This document shows, piece by piece, positions 50,213 through 59,404 of a DNA stretch of 64,000 nt (position 1 is its first letter; each line of letters starts with the position of its first letter). The stretch is from Bdellovibrionales bacterium (GTDB lineage Bacteria; Bdellovibrionota; Bdellovibrionia; Bdellovibrionales; JAGQZY01), in assembly GCA_964230645.1 (NCBI GenBank), contig CAXRHT010000002.1:96001-160000 (forward strand), given 5' to 3'. The notes under the pieces are model-generated. The model made no database searches. It had not been told where the DNA came from and saw nothing but the letters and a program-made list of their open reading frames with translations. The translations under genes were made by a program, and so were the position numbers.

Positions 50213-51199
50213 TTAGTACCTCAGTAAACAGCTTCCGCTCGTGAGTCCGGCTCCAAAAGCGGTCAGTAAAAGAAGGTCACCTCTTTTGATTTTCCCGGCT
50301 TTCACGGCGTTGTTGATGGCCACAGGAATGGTGGCCGCGGATGTGTTCCCCATCTCCTCAATGTCGACAATGAATTTCTCCATAGGAATTTCACAGTGTT
50401 TGGCCACAGCTTCCATAATACGAACATTGGCCTGGTGAGGGATGACCCAGTCAACCTCTTCGATTGGGGTTTTGTTAGCATCTAGAGCTTCTTGGCAACA
50501 GCGAGACATGGTGCGAACAGCATGTTTAAAGATCTCACGGCCCTTCATTTCCACAAAAATTTCTTTGTTATCTAGAGTCTCTTGGGTGAAAGGTTTTACC
50601 GAACCACCACTTGGAACATAGAGAAGATCAGCCAATGAACCATCGGCGTGTCCGTGGGTGCTGTAAATTTCGCTCTCCTCATCCTCTTCAGAGCGAGTGA
50701 CAATGGCAGCGCCAGCACCATCCCCGAAAAGAATACAAGTGCCGCGGTCTTCATAATTGACTTTGTGATGGAGAATTTCCGCACCAATGACAAGAACGTT
50801 TTTATAGTGTCCTGTTTTTATAAATTGATCGGCCACACTCAGCCCAAAGAGAAATCCACTGCAGGCAGCATTAAGATCAAAAGCCATGATATCTTGAAGA
50901 CCTAATTTGGCTTGTAAATAACAGGCGGAAGAAGGCATGAGATGATCGGGGGTCACTGTGGCGAAGATCAAGAAATCGATGTCTTCTTTTTTTATACCTG
51001 AGTTTTTGATCGCTTCTCTGGCAGCGACAAGAGCCAAATCACTGGTTCCTTGTCCGTCTTCAGCTATAGAGCGTGAACGGATTCCGGTTCTCTCTCGGAT
51101 CCACTGGTCATTGGTATCCACTAGTTTTTCGAGATCGTGATTGGTTAATTTTTTTTCGGGCAGGTGAGAACCAAAGCCAGCAACTTTACTTTTAAACAT
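50213..51199 (-). CDS. fabH: 3-oxoacyl-ACP synthase III
   Basis: WIRERTGI, AACSGF, LFGDGAGA, PHQAN, GNTSAA. Confidence 0.96.
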   Translation of the reverse strand: MFKSKVAGFGSHLPEKKLTNHDLEKLVDTNDQWIRERTGIRSRSIAEDGQGTSDLALVAAREAIKNSGIKKEDIDFLIFATVTPDHLMPSSACYLQAKLGLQDIMAFDLNAACSGFLFGLSVADQFIKTGHYKNVLVIGAEILHHKVNYEDRGTCILFGDGAGAAIVTRSEEDEESEIYSTHGHADGSLADLLYVPSGGSVKPFTQETLDNKEIFVEMKGREIFKHAVRTMSRCCQEALDANKTPIEEVDWVIPHQANVRIMEAVAKHCEIPMEKFIVDIEEMGNTSAATIPVAINNAVKAGKIKRGDLLLLTAFGAGLTSGSCLLRY

Positions 51200-51258
51200 T
51201 CACCCATCCCCCTAGAAATAAAAGTAAGCTTTTAAAGTCCGTTGATAAGTTTTTGAAA

Positions 51259-51447
51259 TCACTCAGCGGCTGCTTGTGCAACAACAACTTCCTTACCTTT
51301 GTAGTATCCACAAGAAGGACATACATGGTGAGGTTTAACGATGGATCCGCAGTTACCACAATCGATCACAGTTTTTGGTGTGGCGGAATCGTGACTACGG
51401 CGCATGCCCCGTCTGGAACGTGAAATTCGACTCTTAGGTCCTGGCAT
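51259..51447 (-). CDS. rpmF: 50S ribosomal protein L32
   Basis: P.PK.R.S.SRR..RRSH, CxxC..HHVCxxCGYYKG; AGGAGG RBS. Confidence 0.95.
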   Translation of the reverse strand: MPGPKSRISRSRRGMRRSHDSATPKTVIDCGNCGSIVKPHHVCPSCGYYKGKEVVVAQAAAE

Positions 51448-51697
51448 GAAATCCTCCTGCAAATGAAAAGTAAGCCCCTATAAATAGTGGAAATCCAAGA
51501 AAAATCAAACTTTTTATTTCAATTTTTAAAAGCCCTGTAGAAACTCTAATTAGAGCCTTCCCAAGGGCTGAAAGCAGAAGTTTAATAATTTCGATGAGTT
51601 GCGTTAGTGAAGCTTTTACAGCGTGGGTAAAGCCCCGATTTTAGAGATTTTTTAAAACTCCTATTCCTTTGGGGTAAAAGTCACTAGACACCAGCGG

Positions 51698-52474
51698 ATG
51701 GGGTCACACTTAATACTAATCTTAATATTTGCTTTTCATTTACAATGGTCCGTTCAGACCAATGCTGCCACTCAGTGCCAAGAGGTTTTCGCCTCCATTG
51801 AGATTAACGCTTTTGGACCGGTTCATACTCCCATGGAAAAAGAGGTGGCGAAAGATCTCATTTTATTAGGCTCCCTCAACGTGAGTCGCACAAAGGTGCA
51901 GGGGGCGAATCTACTTGTCACGACTTTAAAGGGGCAGCAGGTCACAGATCTCGCTGAGAAAAACTTTTCGCAAGCCATCGATTATATTCTGGAAAATTAC
52001 CAAGACTTACCTATAAACTTAACCACGGCTCAGGAAATTAATAAGATCCTTACCAAGGGTCTGGTGCCAGAAAATGATCTCGGCAACCCGCTTTATCGAC
52101 CCGATGGCATTCAGCCCCAAGAATTGGACTTTTTCATTGGTTCACAACCTAAAGACTTTTATCAGTGGATGGAATCAGAAGCGGCTAGAAAGCTAATAAA
52201 AGACAATCCTGTATTACTTGCTGAAATCATGCACAACACTTTGGCTGCTAACGATGCTTTTCCTGATGGAAATGGTCGAACATCAAGGCTTATGGCAGAC
52301 CTCGTCTTGCTAAAGGCAGGCTACGCTCCAGCTAAATATACAAACATGGATGACTATTTCGCCCATGGAAACTCACGGGCGGCAGTCACTCGTTTTTTTA
52401 GAAAAATCTATTTTGATGAAATCGTTCGCGATGGACAAGAGCATTTAAGACAAACACTTGAGGAATCCTTATGA
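51698..52474 (+). CDS. Fic-domain protein with signal peptide and non-canonical motif
   Basis: EINKILT, YR, H....NDAFPDGNGRTSRL; hydrophobic N-terminus. Confidence 0.82.
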   Translation: MGSHLILILIFAFHLQWSVQTNAATQCQEVFASIEINAFGPVHTPMEKEVAKDLILLGSLNVSRTKVQGANLLVTTLKGQQVTDLAEKNFSQAIDYILENYQDLPINLTTAQEINKILTKGLVPENDLGNPLYRPDGIQPQELDFFIGSQPKDFYQWMESEAARKLIKDNPVLLAEIMHNTLAANDAFPDGNGRTSRLMADLVLLKAGYAPAKYTNMDDYFAHGNSRAAVTRFFRKIYFDEIVRDGQEHLRQTLEESL

Positions 52475-53841
52475 GAGCACCGAGCAACCTATTTTTAATA
52501 ACACTACTAGTTGGGACAAATGTTTGGGCCAGCCAGTGGCGACAAGCGCCCCTTGATTTCAATCCCGAAACCACAACCGAGGAGGCGGTTGATCAAGCTT
52601 ATTCGACAAGAGATTTCCAAGGTATTAAAGCAATAAAGGAATACAATCTTAATCATGAAACCCCACTGAGCTCTTGGCAGGGACTTTATGACTTTGCAGC
52701 TCCTGCAAAGTCGGGTGATTCTATAGAGCCTTGGCTAGCCGAGCATTTTGAATATCGTGGGAATCACTTCCATCGAATTGATATCAGTGATGAAAGGGGA
52801 GCCCTCGTTTTTGCTCAAATCATGCAAGAATATGTTTATGAAGGCTGGTTTACGCCTGAAAACAAAGAAAACTATGATGAACAATTTCGTCGCAATGATT
52901 TAAGGACTTGGTGCACCACACCCTGGATGGTGGATGGTCAGAAAGGTCGAGAGGCCGTTCATGGTCTGACTAAAGAATTTCCCATGCACACCAATCCCAT
53001 TTACCCTGAAGACCAAAATTTTGTGGAAACAGGAGACAAAGGACAGCAACCTTCAAGTTGGGGAACGGCCTATTTTAATAGGCCCGTTTGTGATCTCTAT
53101 GCCGACCTTTTTGGTAGCCAAGATAATCCATTATTTCCTCCCCAGTTTGATATCCACGAGCTGGGTCGCGACAATCCCGATGGCTTTGTTTCCTTTAAAA
53201 TGCTCTTCAATACATTGCAGACATGGAGAAACTATGAGCCTACGCAAGGGGCCTATCACTGGAAAGCTCACGTCAGTAACACCCACTATTCAACAGAGAG
53301 AAAAATTCAGGATATTCCGCACATTCAAATGGATATTTCCATAAAAGATTCAAGGCTTACGGGAACAAAGGAAGAAGTGGATTATTGGGTTATGATTACC
53401 TACGTTTACGACAAAACTTATTATGATGAAGAAATGGATGTCGCTCATCTGCCTGAGGCTTTAAGGCATATGAGGCCCGTGGGTGTGCAATTTGGCTTTG
53501 AGCCTGAAGAGAGCCTCATTTTTGAAGGAGCGAAAACAAACTATATGGAAAACGGAATATCCATCTCAAGTGGCGAAAAAGCTCTTCTCAATGGGCCGGC
53601 TGATAACCCCTATTCTAGTTGCCTAGGGTGTCATGGGGCCGCTGGGTTAGAGAGTGAGCTTGCCACAGAATTGAGATCTCGTTCCTCTGAGTACTCGCAG
53701 CACTCCTACGTTTGGGAATTTACTTTTTTTAAAACGGAAGATTATGTTTCTGTGACTGAAAAATACGGCAAAGGATTTCAGTTCAATCGCCAGGTGGACA
53801 ACGCCTATAAACGTGTCCAGCTCTGGTTTGATCAACTCTAA
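52471..53841 (+). CDS. Secreted hypothetical protein with single c-type heme motif
   Basis: Signal peptide; NGPADNPYSSCLGCH; ATGA overlap with the Fic gene. Confidence 0.75.
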   Translation: MRAPSNLFLITLLVGTNVWASQWRQAPLDFNPETTTEEAVDQAYSTRDFQGIKAIKEYNLNHETPLSSWQGLYDFAAPAKSGDSIEPWLAEHFEYRGNHFHRIDISDERGALVFAQIMQEYVYEGWFTPENKENYDEQFRRNDLRTWCTTPWMVDGQKGREAVHGLTKEFPMHTNPIYPEDQNFVETGDKGQQPSSWGTAYFNRPVCDLYADLFGSQDNPLFPPQFDIHELGRDNPDGFVSFKMLFNTLQTWRNYEPTQGAYHWKAHVSNTHYSTERKIQDIPHIQMDISIKDSRLTGTKEEVDYWVMITYVYDKTYYDEEMDVAHLPEALRHMRPVGVQFGFEPEESLIFEGAKTNYMENGISISSGEKALLNGPADNPYSSCLGCHGAAGLESELATELRSRSSEYSQHSYVWEFTFFKTEDYVSVTEKYGKGFQFNRQVDNAYKRVQLWFDQL

Positions 53842-53847
53842 ATATTC

Positions 53848-54600
53848 TTAGGGTCTGCGGCCGCCGTAAAGATGGTATAGCATAAAGTGATCCCCATAGG
53901 ACATTTCATCAGTCTGATAAATGCGTCCTTGTGTTGGCCCCAGGTCACGTCGGTAAAAGACGATGCCACCATTATAACTACCAGAAAAAGAGCCGTAGTG
54001 CATGACGGAGTCATAGTCGTAGTAATTTAGAGCGTGACTTGGTCGAGCGAGCTTTCTGAAGTTGTAACGATTGCTTGGGTGGATATTATTCCACACAATG
54101 ACCAAATGATCATCACGATCGTGACGGTTATGCTCATGAGAAATGCCTAAGGCGTGCATGATCTCATGTTGAAGAGTGCGCTGGCGCCAGCAATTGATTT
54201 TTAAGGGCTGTCTCCCTCCGCGCATTCCTAGAAAAGAAGAACCACACAGGTTCTCGTTAGTGTCTTGCACATAGATATAGTTTCTATCCTGAGAGCGACG
54301 TGGCAGACAACGAATATCAGCAAACTCTCCCACTCTTTGGCAAGCTGATAAAAAGAGGTTACGCCTTGAAGTGCTCACGTTTGGAGAAAATTGGTACCAT
54401 AGAATCCCACCGGTCCAGAGCCTCACACCGGAGTCTTTGACGGCCCGATTATCAACAGGAGAGTTTTCGTCAAGAAGTGCGCTGGTGGGAACGTACATGT
54501 CGCCGATTTGTACATACTCTTGATCGTCAAAAACTTCACTGTCTTGTGAAAAAGAATTCAAAGAAAAAATAAACAAACTAAATAGTATAAGAAATTTCAT
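53848..54600 (-). CDS. Astacin (M12A) family secreted metallopeptidase
   Basis: HEIMHALGISHEHNRHDRD and Met-turn YDYDSVMHY. Confidence 0.93.
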   Translation of the reverse strand: MKFLILFSLFIFSLNSFSQDSEVFDDQEYVQIGDMYVPTSALLDENSPVDNRAVKDSGVRLWTGGILWYQFSPNVSTSRRNLFLSACQRVGEFADIRCLPRRSQDRNYIYVQDTNENLCGSSFLGMRGGRQPLKINCWRQRTLQHEIMHALGISHEHNRHDRDDHLVIVWNNIHPSNRYNFRKLARPSHALNYYDYDSVMHYGSFSGSYNGGIVFYRRDLGPTQGRIYQTDEMSYGDHFMLYHLYGGRRP

Positions 54601-54857
54601 GATTGCCCCCCGCAAGATGAGTCTTTATTTTATAACGAAACAAGGCGTCTCTAGCGGGAAAGCCAATTCCAAGACCATTTTGCGACTCTTAGTCTGTCAT
54701 CTTAAAAACGGGACCAAACGACAGTAGCAAGCCTTTGGTAAGCCGCCTCCCTAGACCTTTTCGTTTCGCCTACAAACTAAAAGTCATTCACACGAAAAGG
54801 TGTCAGGCTCTGAATTCTTATGTCAGTAATTTTTTTGACTGGTTAAACTATTTTTCT

Positions 54858-54885
54858 TAAGTCACCTTAGTCTTTATTCCGATAA
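54858..54885 (+). promoter_or_regulatory. Sigma28-type promoter
   Basis: TAAG-N16-TCCGATAA upstream of 54903. Confidence 0.5.
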
Positions 54886-54902
54886 TAAAGGCGAGGTGTA
54901 AG

Positions 54903-56495
54903 ATGAAGAGAAATTATGTCCTTATAGCAATCGTTGTTTTCTTAATGCCTGTTTTTTTTATTGTGCTTAATAAAAAAGACACTCAAAAACAGGCCGATCA
55001 AGCGATTAAAGAAGGTCGCTCCATTGCCTCACTCGGGGAAGGTTCCTCAGAAAACCAGTGTCATGGCACACCTCTTCGGACCACTGATGCTAGAGCTGTA
55101 ATGGCTTGGATGCGCAACAACAACAATCGTGTTCGGAGCATTGATGATCTTCTCTGCTGTATGCCTGAGTCTTTTCGCAGTGGCTATCTGATCGCACACT
55201 CCAGCCTGTCAGCGCAAAGATCTCACTACAACAATCCACGTTTGATTTTTGGAAACATCGAAAACGGTATTATGTTTTCAATCAGTGGAGGAGACTCCAA
55301 TATGCCGCAGGGGCAAAATGTCGAGGTGATGTTTGATAATCCGATGACAGGACAACTCGAACTCTTCGATATTGAATTCAATGAGGACGGACGACGCCAT
55401 AGCTCTCGTCCGAACCCTAGCGAGTGTATCTCTTGTCATGGCTCCAATGGGCGCTTAGGGGAGGGGGGACCGAGACCAGTTTTTAACCTGTTACCATGGC
55501 CAAGAATGTTTGTGGACAATAAAGATGCCTTCTTAGACGTCTGCCCTGAACGGGCCGGCTACCTGCGTGAGGTGCAAGATCTTACTTTCAATGCCATCAA
55601 TAATAATCCCCGTTTTCGTTGTCTAACTCCCCCCTCCGAAGCCAATGTTACTGATGGAATCATCGATTCCGCCTTGGAAGATCGCAATGAAGAGCGAGTG
55701 ATTCGAGAGATGAGAGCAAGCACAGATTTTCACTATTATGAGCCCTTACTCGTTGGAGCCTCCTTAGGCTGCTTAGGCAGAACCAATGGTCCGATGGGAG
55801 ATGTTGTTATCCCAACACCCTTAGAAAACTGGCTTCCCGCCGATCAACAGGGAGTGTTCGATCAAAGAAATTTTCTTCGTCCGCCGTTTAATCAAATAAA
55901 TCCTCAAGCTCTCCCAGCAGAATTAGTCAGACAATCAGCCCGTGTTGACGGCGTGCACTTGCAGGAGGAGGCTACTTTTAGAAATCTAAGATCCGAACTG
56001 GCGCAAGGTCGATTTCCACCTATGCCAGCTGGTGTAGGTTTAGGTTCCTGCTCGAATGGCGAAGCTCCCACGGGAACGCCTGTGCGACAATTCGGAGAGC
56101 AGATTAACAACCTACCATCGAATCAAGGTGCATTTATTGCGGACTCTTTGAATGAGCAGTTTCGAAGAGGAACTCCTTTCAACCCCGCTGCACGACAGAA
56201 TTACCTGACCGAAGGCATTGTGCGCTGGTTGTTTGAGAGTCGTGGTGTGGAAGCATCGGGATGGAATATGAGGCCCACACCAGGTTATGAAAGAAGTCTC
56301 GCCGATTCGGTAATGAGAACTTTCTTAGCTCGTGACTATCAAGAAATTTATAATCGCTTAGCTGAACAACGTGGGCCTGACGAAGCCTTAGATCGTGATC
56401 TTTTGAACGCCTGTCGAGAACTTTCCGAGCGTTCTTTAAGAGGATTTCGAAGAGGGCAAGGTGACTCAGAAGACTCTCCCGAATCGACTCAATAG
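54903..56495 (+). CDS. Membrane-anchored/secreted hypothetical protein with a CxxCH motif
   Basis: N-terminal TM, RSIAS; S.SAQ.....PR.I, NPSECISCHG. Confidence 0.75.
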   Translation: MKRNYVLIAIVVFLMPVFFIVLNKKDTQKQADQAIKEGRSIASLGEGSSENQCHGTPLRTTDARAVMAWMRNNNNRVRSIDDLLCCMPESFRSGYLIAHSSLSAQRSHYNNPRLIFGNIENGIMFSISGGDSNMPQGQNVEVMFDNPMTGQLELFDIEFNEDGRRHSSRPNPSECISCHGSNGRLGEGGPRPVFNLLPWPRMFVDNKDAFLDVCPERAGYLREVQDLTFNAINNNPRFRCLTPPSEANVTDGIIDSALEDRNEERVIREMRASTDFHYYEPLLVGASLGCLGRTNGPMGDVVIPTPLENWLPADQQGVFDQRNFLRPPFNQINPQALPAELVRQSARVDGVHLQEEATFRNLRSELAQGRFPPMPAGVGLGSCSNGEAPTGTPVRQFGEQINNLPSNQGAFIADSLNEQFRRGTPFNPAARQNYLTEGIVRWLFESRGVEASGWNMRPTPGYERSLADSVMRTFLARDYQEIYNRLAEQRGPDEALDRDLLNACRELSERSLRGFRRGQGDSEDSPESTQ

Positions 56496-56644
56496 AGCAA
56501 AAATGTTTTCTTTTGAGAAAAAAGAACAAGACTACCTTTGTTGATTTTCTTTGAACAAGTAATGATCAATTGTCTTCTCACTAACAGACGTGTTTCAAAG
56601 GGAAGCACTCAAGACGAACTGGTAGAAGATGGCCCCTTTGTATG

Positions 56645-56659
56645 TGGCAGCTAGATTGC
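56645..56659 (+). promoter_or_regulatory. Sigma54-type promoter
   Basis: TGGCAGCTAGATTGC (GG-N10-GC) upstream of 56685. Confidence 0.5.
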
Positions 56660-56684
56660 TTCTTAATAGGGTGGATGAGGGCTA

Positions 56685-57098
56685 TTGATGAAGATAGAGA
56701 AATTTAATGTAAAAATATTCTTGCTTTTTTTTATGGTGTTCTCGCTCGCGCAGACCACTCAAGCCAAGAGTACAAAGAAAAAAAAGAATTTTCTCGCCAG
56801 TAAAATAAATGATGCTGTTGAACGATCCAATCAGGAGCAAAAGCGCATCAAAGTGCGTTTTGACGAGGAAGCCGACCAACGCATAAGTAGTTGGACGGAA
56901 GAGGATATTGAAGCGATAGAAATTAAACATGGAGCTTCGACTTTACGAGGTGCCAACCTGGGAAAACCGGATTTTACTCTCGATCAAGGAGGGGAGGATC
57001 AAAGTGGTTTGAATCAGTTGCGCAGCGATGTGGAGGAAGAGCCCATTCATATAGATTTTGATGAAGAACTAAGAGAGGTGAGCTCCACGAAGGACTAA
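56685..57098 (+). CDS. Small secreted hypothetical protein
   Basis: Signal peptide ending TQA; followed by a terminator. Confidence 0.65.
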   Translation: MMKIEKFNVKIFLLFFMVFSLAQTTQAKSTKKKKNFLASKINDAVERSNQEQKRIKVRFDEEADQRISSWTEEDIEAIEIKHGASTLRGANLGKPDFTLDQGGEDQSGLNQLRSDVEEEPIHIDFDEELREVSSTKD

Positions 57099-57140
57099 TC
57101 TCTCTGGTATTTGGTGTTATAGCCAACTAGCCCTCTTCTG

Positions 57141-57177
57141 AGCCATGGGTGTCGCCAAAACCCCATGGCTTTTTTTT
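57141..57177 (+). terminator. Intrinsic terminator
   Basis: AGCCATGGG/CCCATGGCT plus T tract. Confidence 0.8.
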
Positions 57178-57228
57178 ATTTCTCTTGCTTCATATTTAAA
57201 ATCTTAGACTCGGTCGTGGGGTTTTGAA

Positions 57229-57439
57229 AACTTATTGTCCAAAGTATGATTAAATTTGTCGCCTAGAGTATCACTAACTTGTTGTCCAAAGCATGATTGA
57301 ACTTGTCGTCCTGAGCGTAGCGAAGGACCTTTGCCGAGGGCCGCGATTGATAATGTGAACTTAGTGGCTATAGATTCTTCGCTACGCTCAGAATGACCGT
57401 GGATACGTTCAGAATGACCGTGGGTATGCTCAGACTGAC
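57229..57439. repeat. REP-like element with spacer and laddered end repeats (copy C; core 57305-57397)
   Basis: Same 26-nt arms as copy B and a similar spacer; ~24-nt left and 21-nt right degenerate tandem units. Confidence 0.9.
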
Positions 57440-57592
57440 TACTCAATCTCAAATTGAGAATTGCGACGAACTTTTTAGCGCACGCAAAAACTTTCAATAC
57501 AATTTCACGATCTAATCAAAATGAGAGCCGTCTCAGCATGGATTAGAAATTGCACTAATACAAGTTAAGGAAAGGCGTATTGGGGGGATCGA

Positions 57593-59134
57593 ATGGATCG
57601 AATTCGTGCAGTATTTTTACTGATTCTATCAACACTATTATTATCCGGATGTGGTGGAATATTTTCCGCACTGCTCGGAAATGGTGGTGTGACTTATAAT
57701 AGTATCCAAGACGACATCGCAAGATTAAACGGACAAGACTCTTTAGACGATGGACTTGTACCGGGCACTGGTGACGGATCGAATATTAATGACGATGGCC
57801 TAACAGGTGATGGTTCAACAGATGGTGACGGTGGTCGCAATGACGACAAGCCTTGCTGTGACACTCCTGGGGGCGATGCGAATCGCGAAGTGACCCAGTT
57901 TGATTTAGATACCGTCAGCGTTCCAAATTGTCATGTGGGTGAAATAGACATTCTTAAATATGGACTTGTCTGCCACGACACTCTTCCACTGATTGCCACA
58001 TTAAAAGATCAAAACGGTGAGAAGTTGATAAAGAGTTTTGGAACTCTAAAAACCAACCCTGATCTAGTCGAAGAGTTGAAAGCTCTTAAAAACAATACCA
58101 GTTTCTCTGGAGACTCAGTTGAGCTTTTCTTATGTTTAGACGGCAATAAGAATAACAGCTGTATGGACGAGAGGGTAGGAGATCTTGAAAGCCTCTCTAA
58201 GCGATTGGCTAAATTCATACGTCGAAGTGCCGAAGATCAAGGTTTTGAGCTTGCAGGACGAAATCATCATAAAGATGATGATGACGATGATTATTATCAA
58301 AACGAGAAAAATCCAATTCGGGAAAATTTCGGGAAAAATGTAAGAGAACTGCTCACAACTCTTCATGAAGAATGGAATAAGCACAGTGTCGATAAGCTAT
58401 GTGCAAATGATGAAATTTCTGAGATGGCTCAAGGAATGGTTCTCTATCATAGTCGTCACAAAATAGGTGATACGGAAGATTTTTCACCCAGTGCCATCGT
58501 TGCGAGGGGTACGACTGAAGTGGTTGAAAGCTACATTCAAAATATAAAGAAAAAAGAACTTCCTGGAGAATATGTTAAAGAAGCTCTAGAAAATGCGACA
58601 CCTCAGTTTATTCTGGTCGAATACGATACGGAATACTGTAAAGAAATTGGGGGAAGAATGAATGGAGGTTGCTTTGTTAAAGGAACCGAAATCAAAACAG
58701 GCGAGACAACTTCTCTTGATGTCGAGTTAATCCGTGCAGGAGACGAAATTCTTTTAGCCAATGGTAAATACACCCGTGTCACTGAAGTGGTCAAAGGGCC
58801 CGAGGAAAAGCCCGTTTTAGAGTTTACTTTATCTAATAAAAAGAAGGTGACCGTCACAGAAACCCATCCAATGCTCACTCAGCGCGGACTGCTTCAAGCT
58901 AAGGAAGTCAGCCCTGGTGATCAATTTAAAACTCAAAATCAATGGATCGCGGTTGAGTCGGTGAAAGCTAAAAAGTATAAGGATCAGGTTTACAATATTG
59001 TCCTTTTCGGAGATAGCTTTGAGCAGCACCTGCTGATTTCAAATGATATCGTGACCGGGGACCTTTTCTTACAGCGTAAGCTCAGTGAGCAAAAAGAGAT
59101 GATGCTCTACTTTGTGAATCTCGATTCTTACTAA
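57593..59134 (+). CDS. Lipoprotein with C-terminal Hint (intein-like) domain
   Basis: LSGC lipobox; GG|CFVKGT (Cys360, 58670), VTETHP block B, VYNI and terminal LLISNDIVTGD. Confidence 0.85.
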   Translation: MDRIRAVFLLILSTLLLSGCGGIFSALLGNGGVTYNSIQDDIARLNGQDSLDDGLVPGTGDGSNINDDGLTGDGSTDGDGGRNDDKPCCDTPGGDANREVTQFDLDTVSVPNCHVGEIDILKYGLVCHDTLPLIATLKDQNGEKLIKSFGTLKTNPDLVEELKALKNNTSFSGDSVELFLCLDGNKNNSCMDERVGDLESLSKRLAKFIRRSAEDQGFELAGRNHHKDDDDDDYYQNEKNPIRENFGKNVRELLTTLHEEWNKHSVDKLCANDEISEMAQGMVLYHSRHKIGDTEDFSPSAIVARGTTEVVESYIQNIKKKELPGEYVKEALENATPQFILVEYDTEYCKEIGGRMNGGCFVKGTEIKTGETTSLDVELIRAGDEILLANGKYTRVTEVVKGPEEKPVLEFTLSNKKKVTVTETHPMLTQRGLLQAKEVSPGDQFKTQNQWIAVESVKAKKYKDQVYNIVLFGDSFEQHLLISNDIVTGDLFLQRKLSEQKEMMLYFVNLDSY

Positions 59135-59159
59135 GAAAATAACTCTTGAGAAATTTATC

Positions 59160-59187
59160 AAACCGGAGGCAAGACCTCCGGTTTTTT
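59160..59187. terminator. Intrinsic terminator
   Basis: AAACCGGAGG/CCTCCGGTTT plus T tract. Confidence 0.8.
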
Positions 59188-59199
59188 ATTAAGTGATAT

Positions 59200-59385
59200 T
59201 GTCTCCTGAGTAACACTTTCATTCTTCGCCACACTGTCATTCTGAGTAACACTGTCATTCTGAGCGTAGCGAAGAATCTTTCGCCGCTGAGCTAAAGTTA
59301 TCAACCATAGTCCTCCGCAAAGATCCTTCGCTACGCTCAGGATGACAGTGGGCTCAAAGTGACAATACCCTCAGGTTAACAGTTG
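59200..59385. repeat. REP-like element, opposite orientation (copy D; core 59254-59346)
   Basis: GTCATTCTGAGCGTAGCGAAGAATCT...AGATCCTTCGCTACGCTCAGGATGAC; spacer is the reverse-complement homolog of B/C; 17-18-nt ladders. Confidence 0.9.
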
Positions 59386-59404
59386 GAATCTAGAATTTTA
59401 TACA

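Noticed and set aside
54620..54800. Riboswitch or ncRNA in the intergenic region
   Set aside because: No recognisable consensus by eye; a covariance-model search would be needed.
57204..57497. 97-aa minus-strand ORF with repeated HSER
   Set aside because: Translation of REP copy C.
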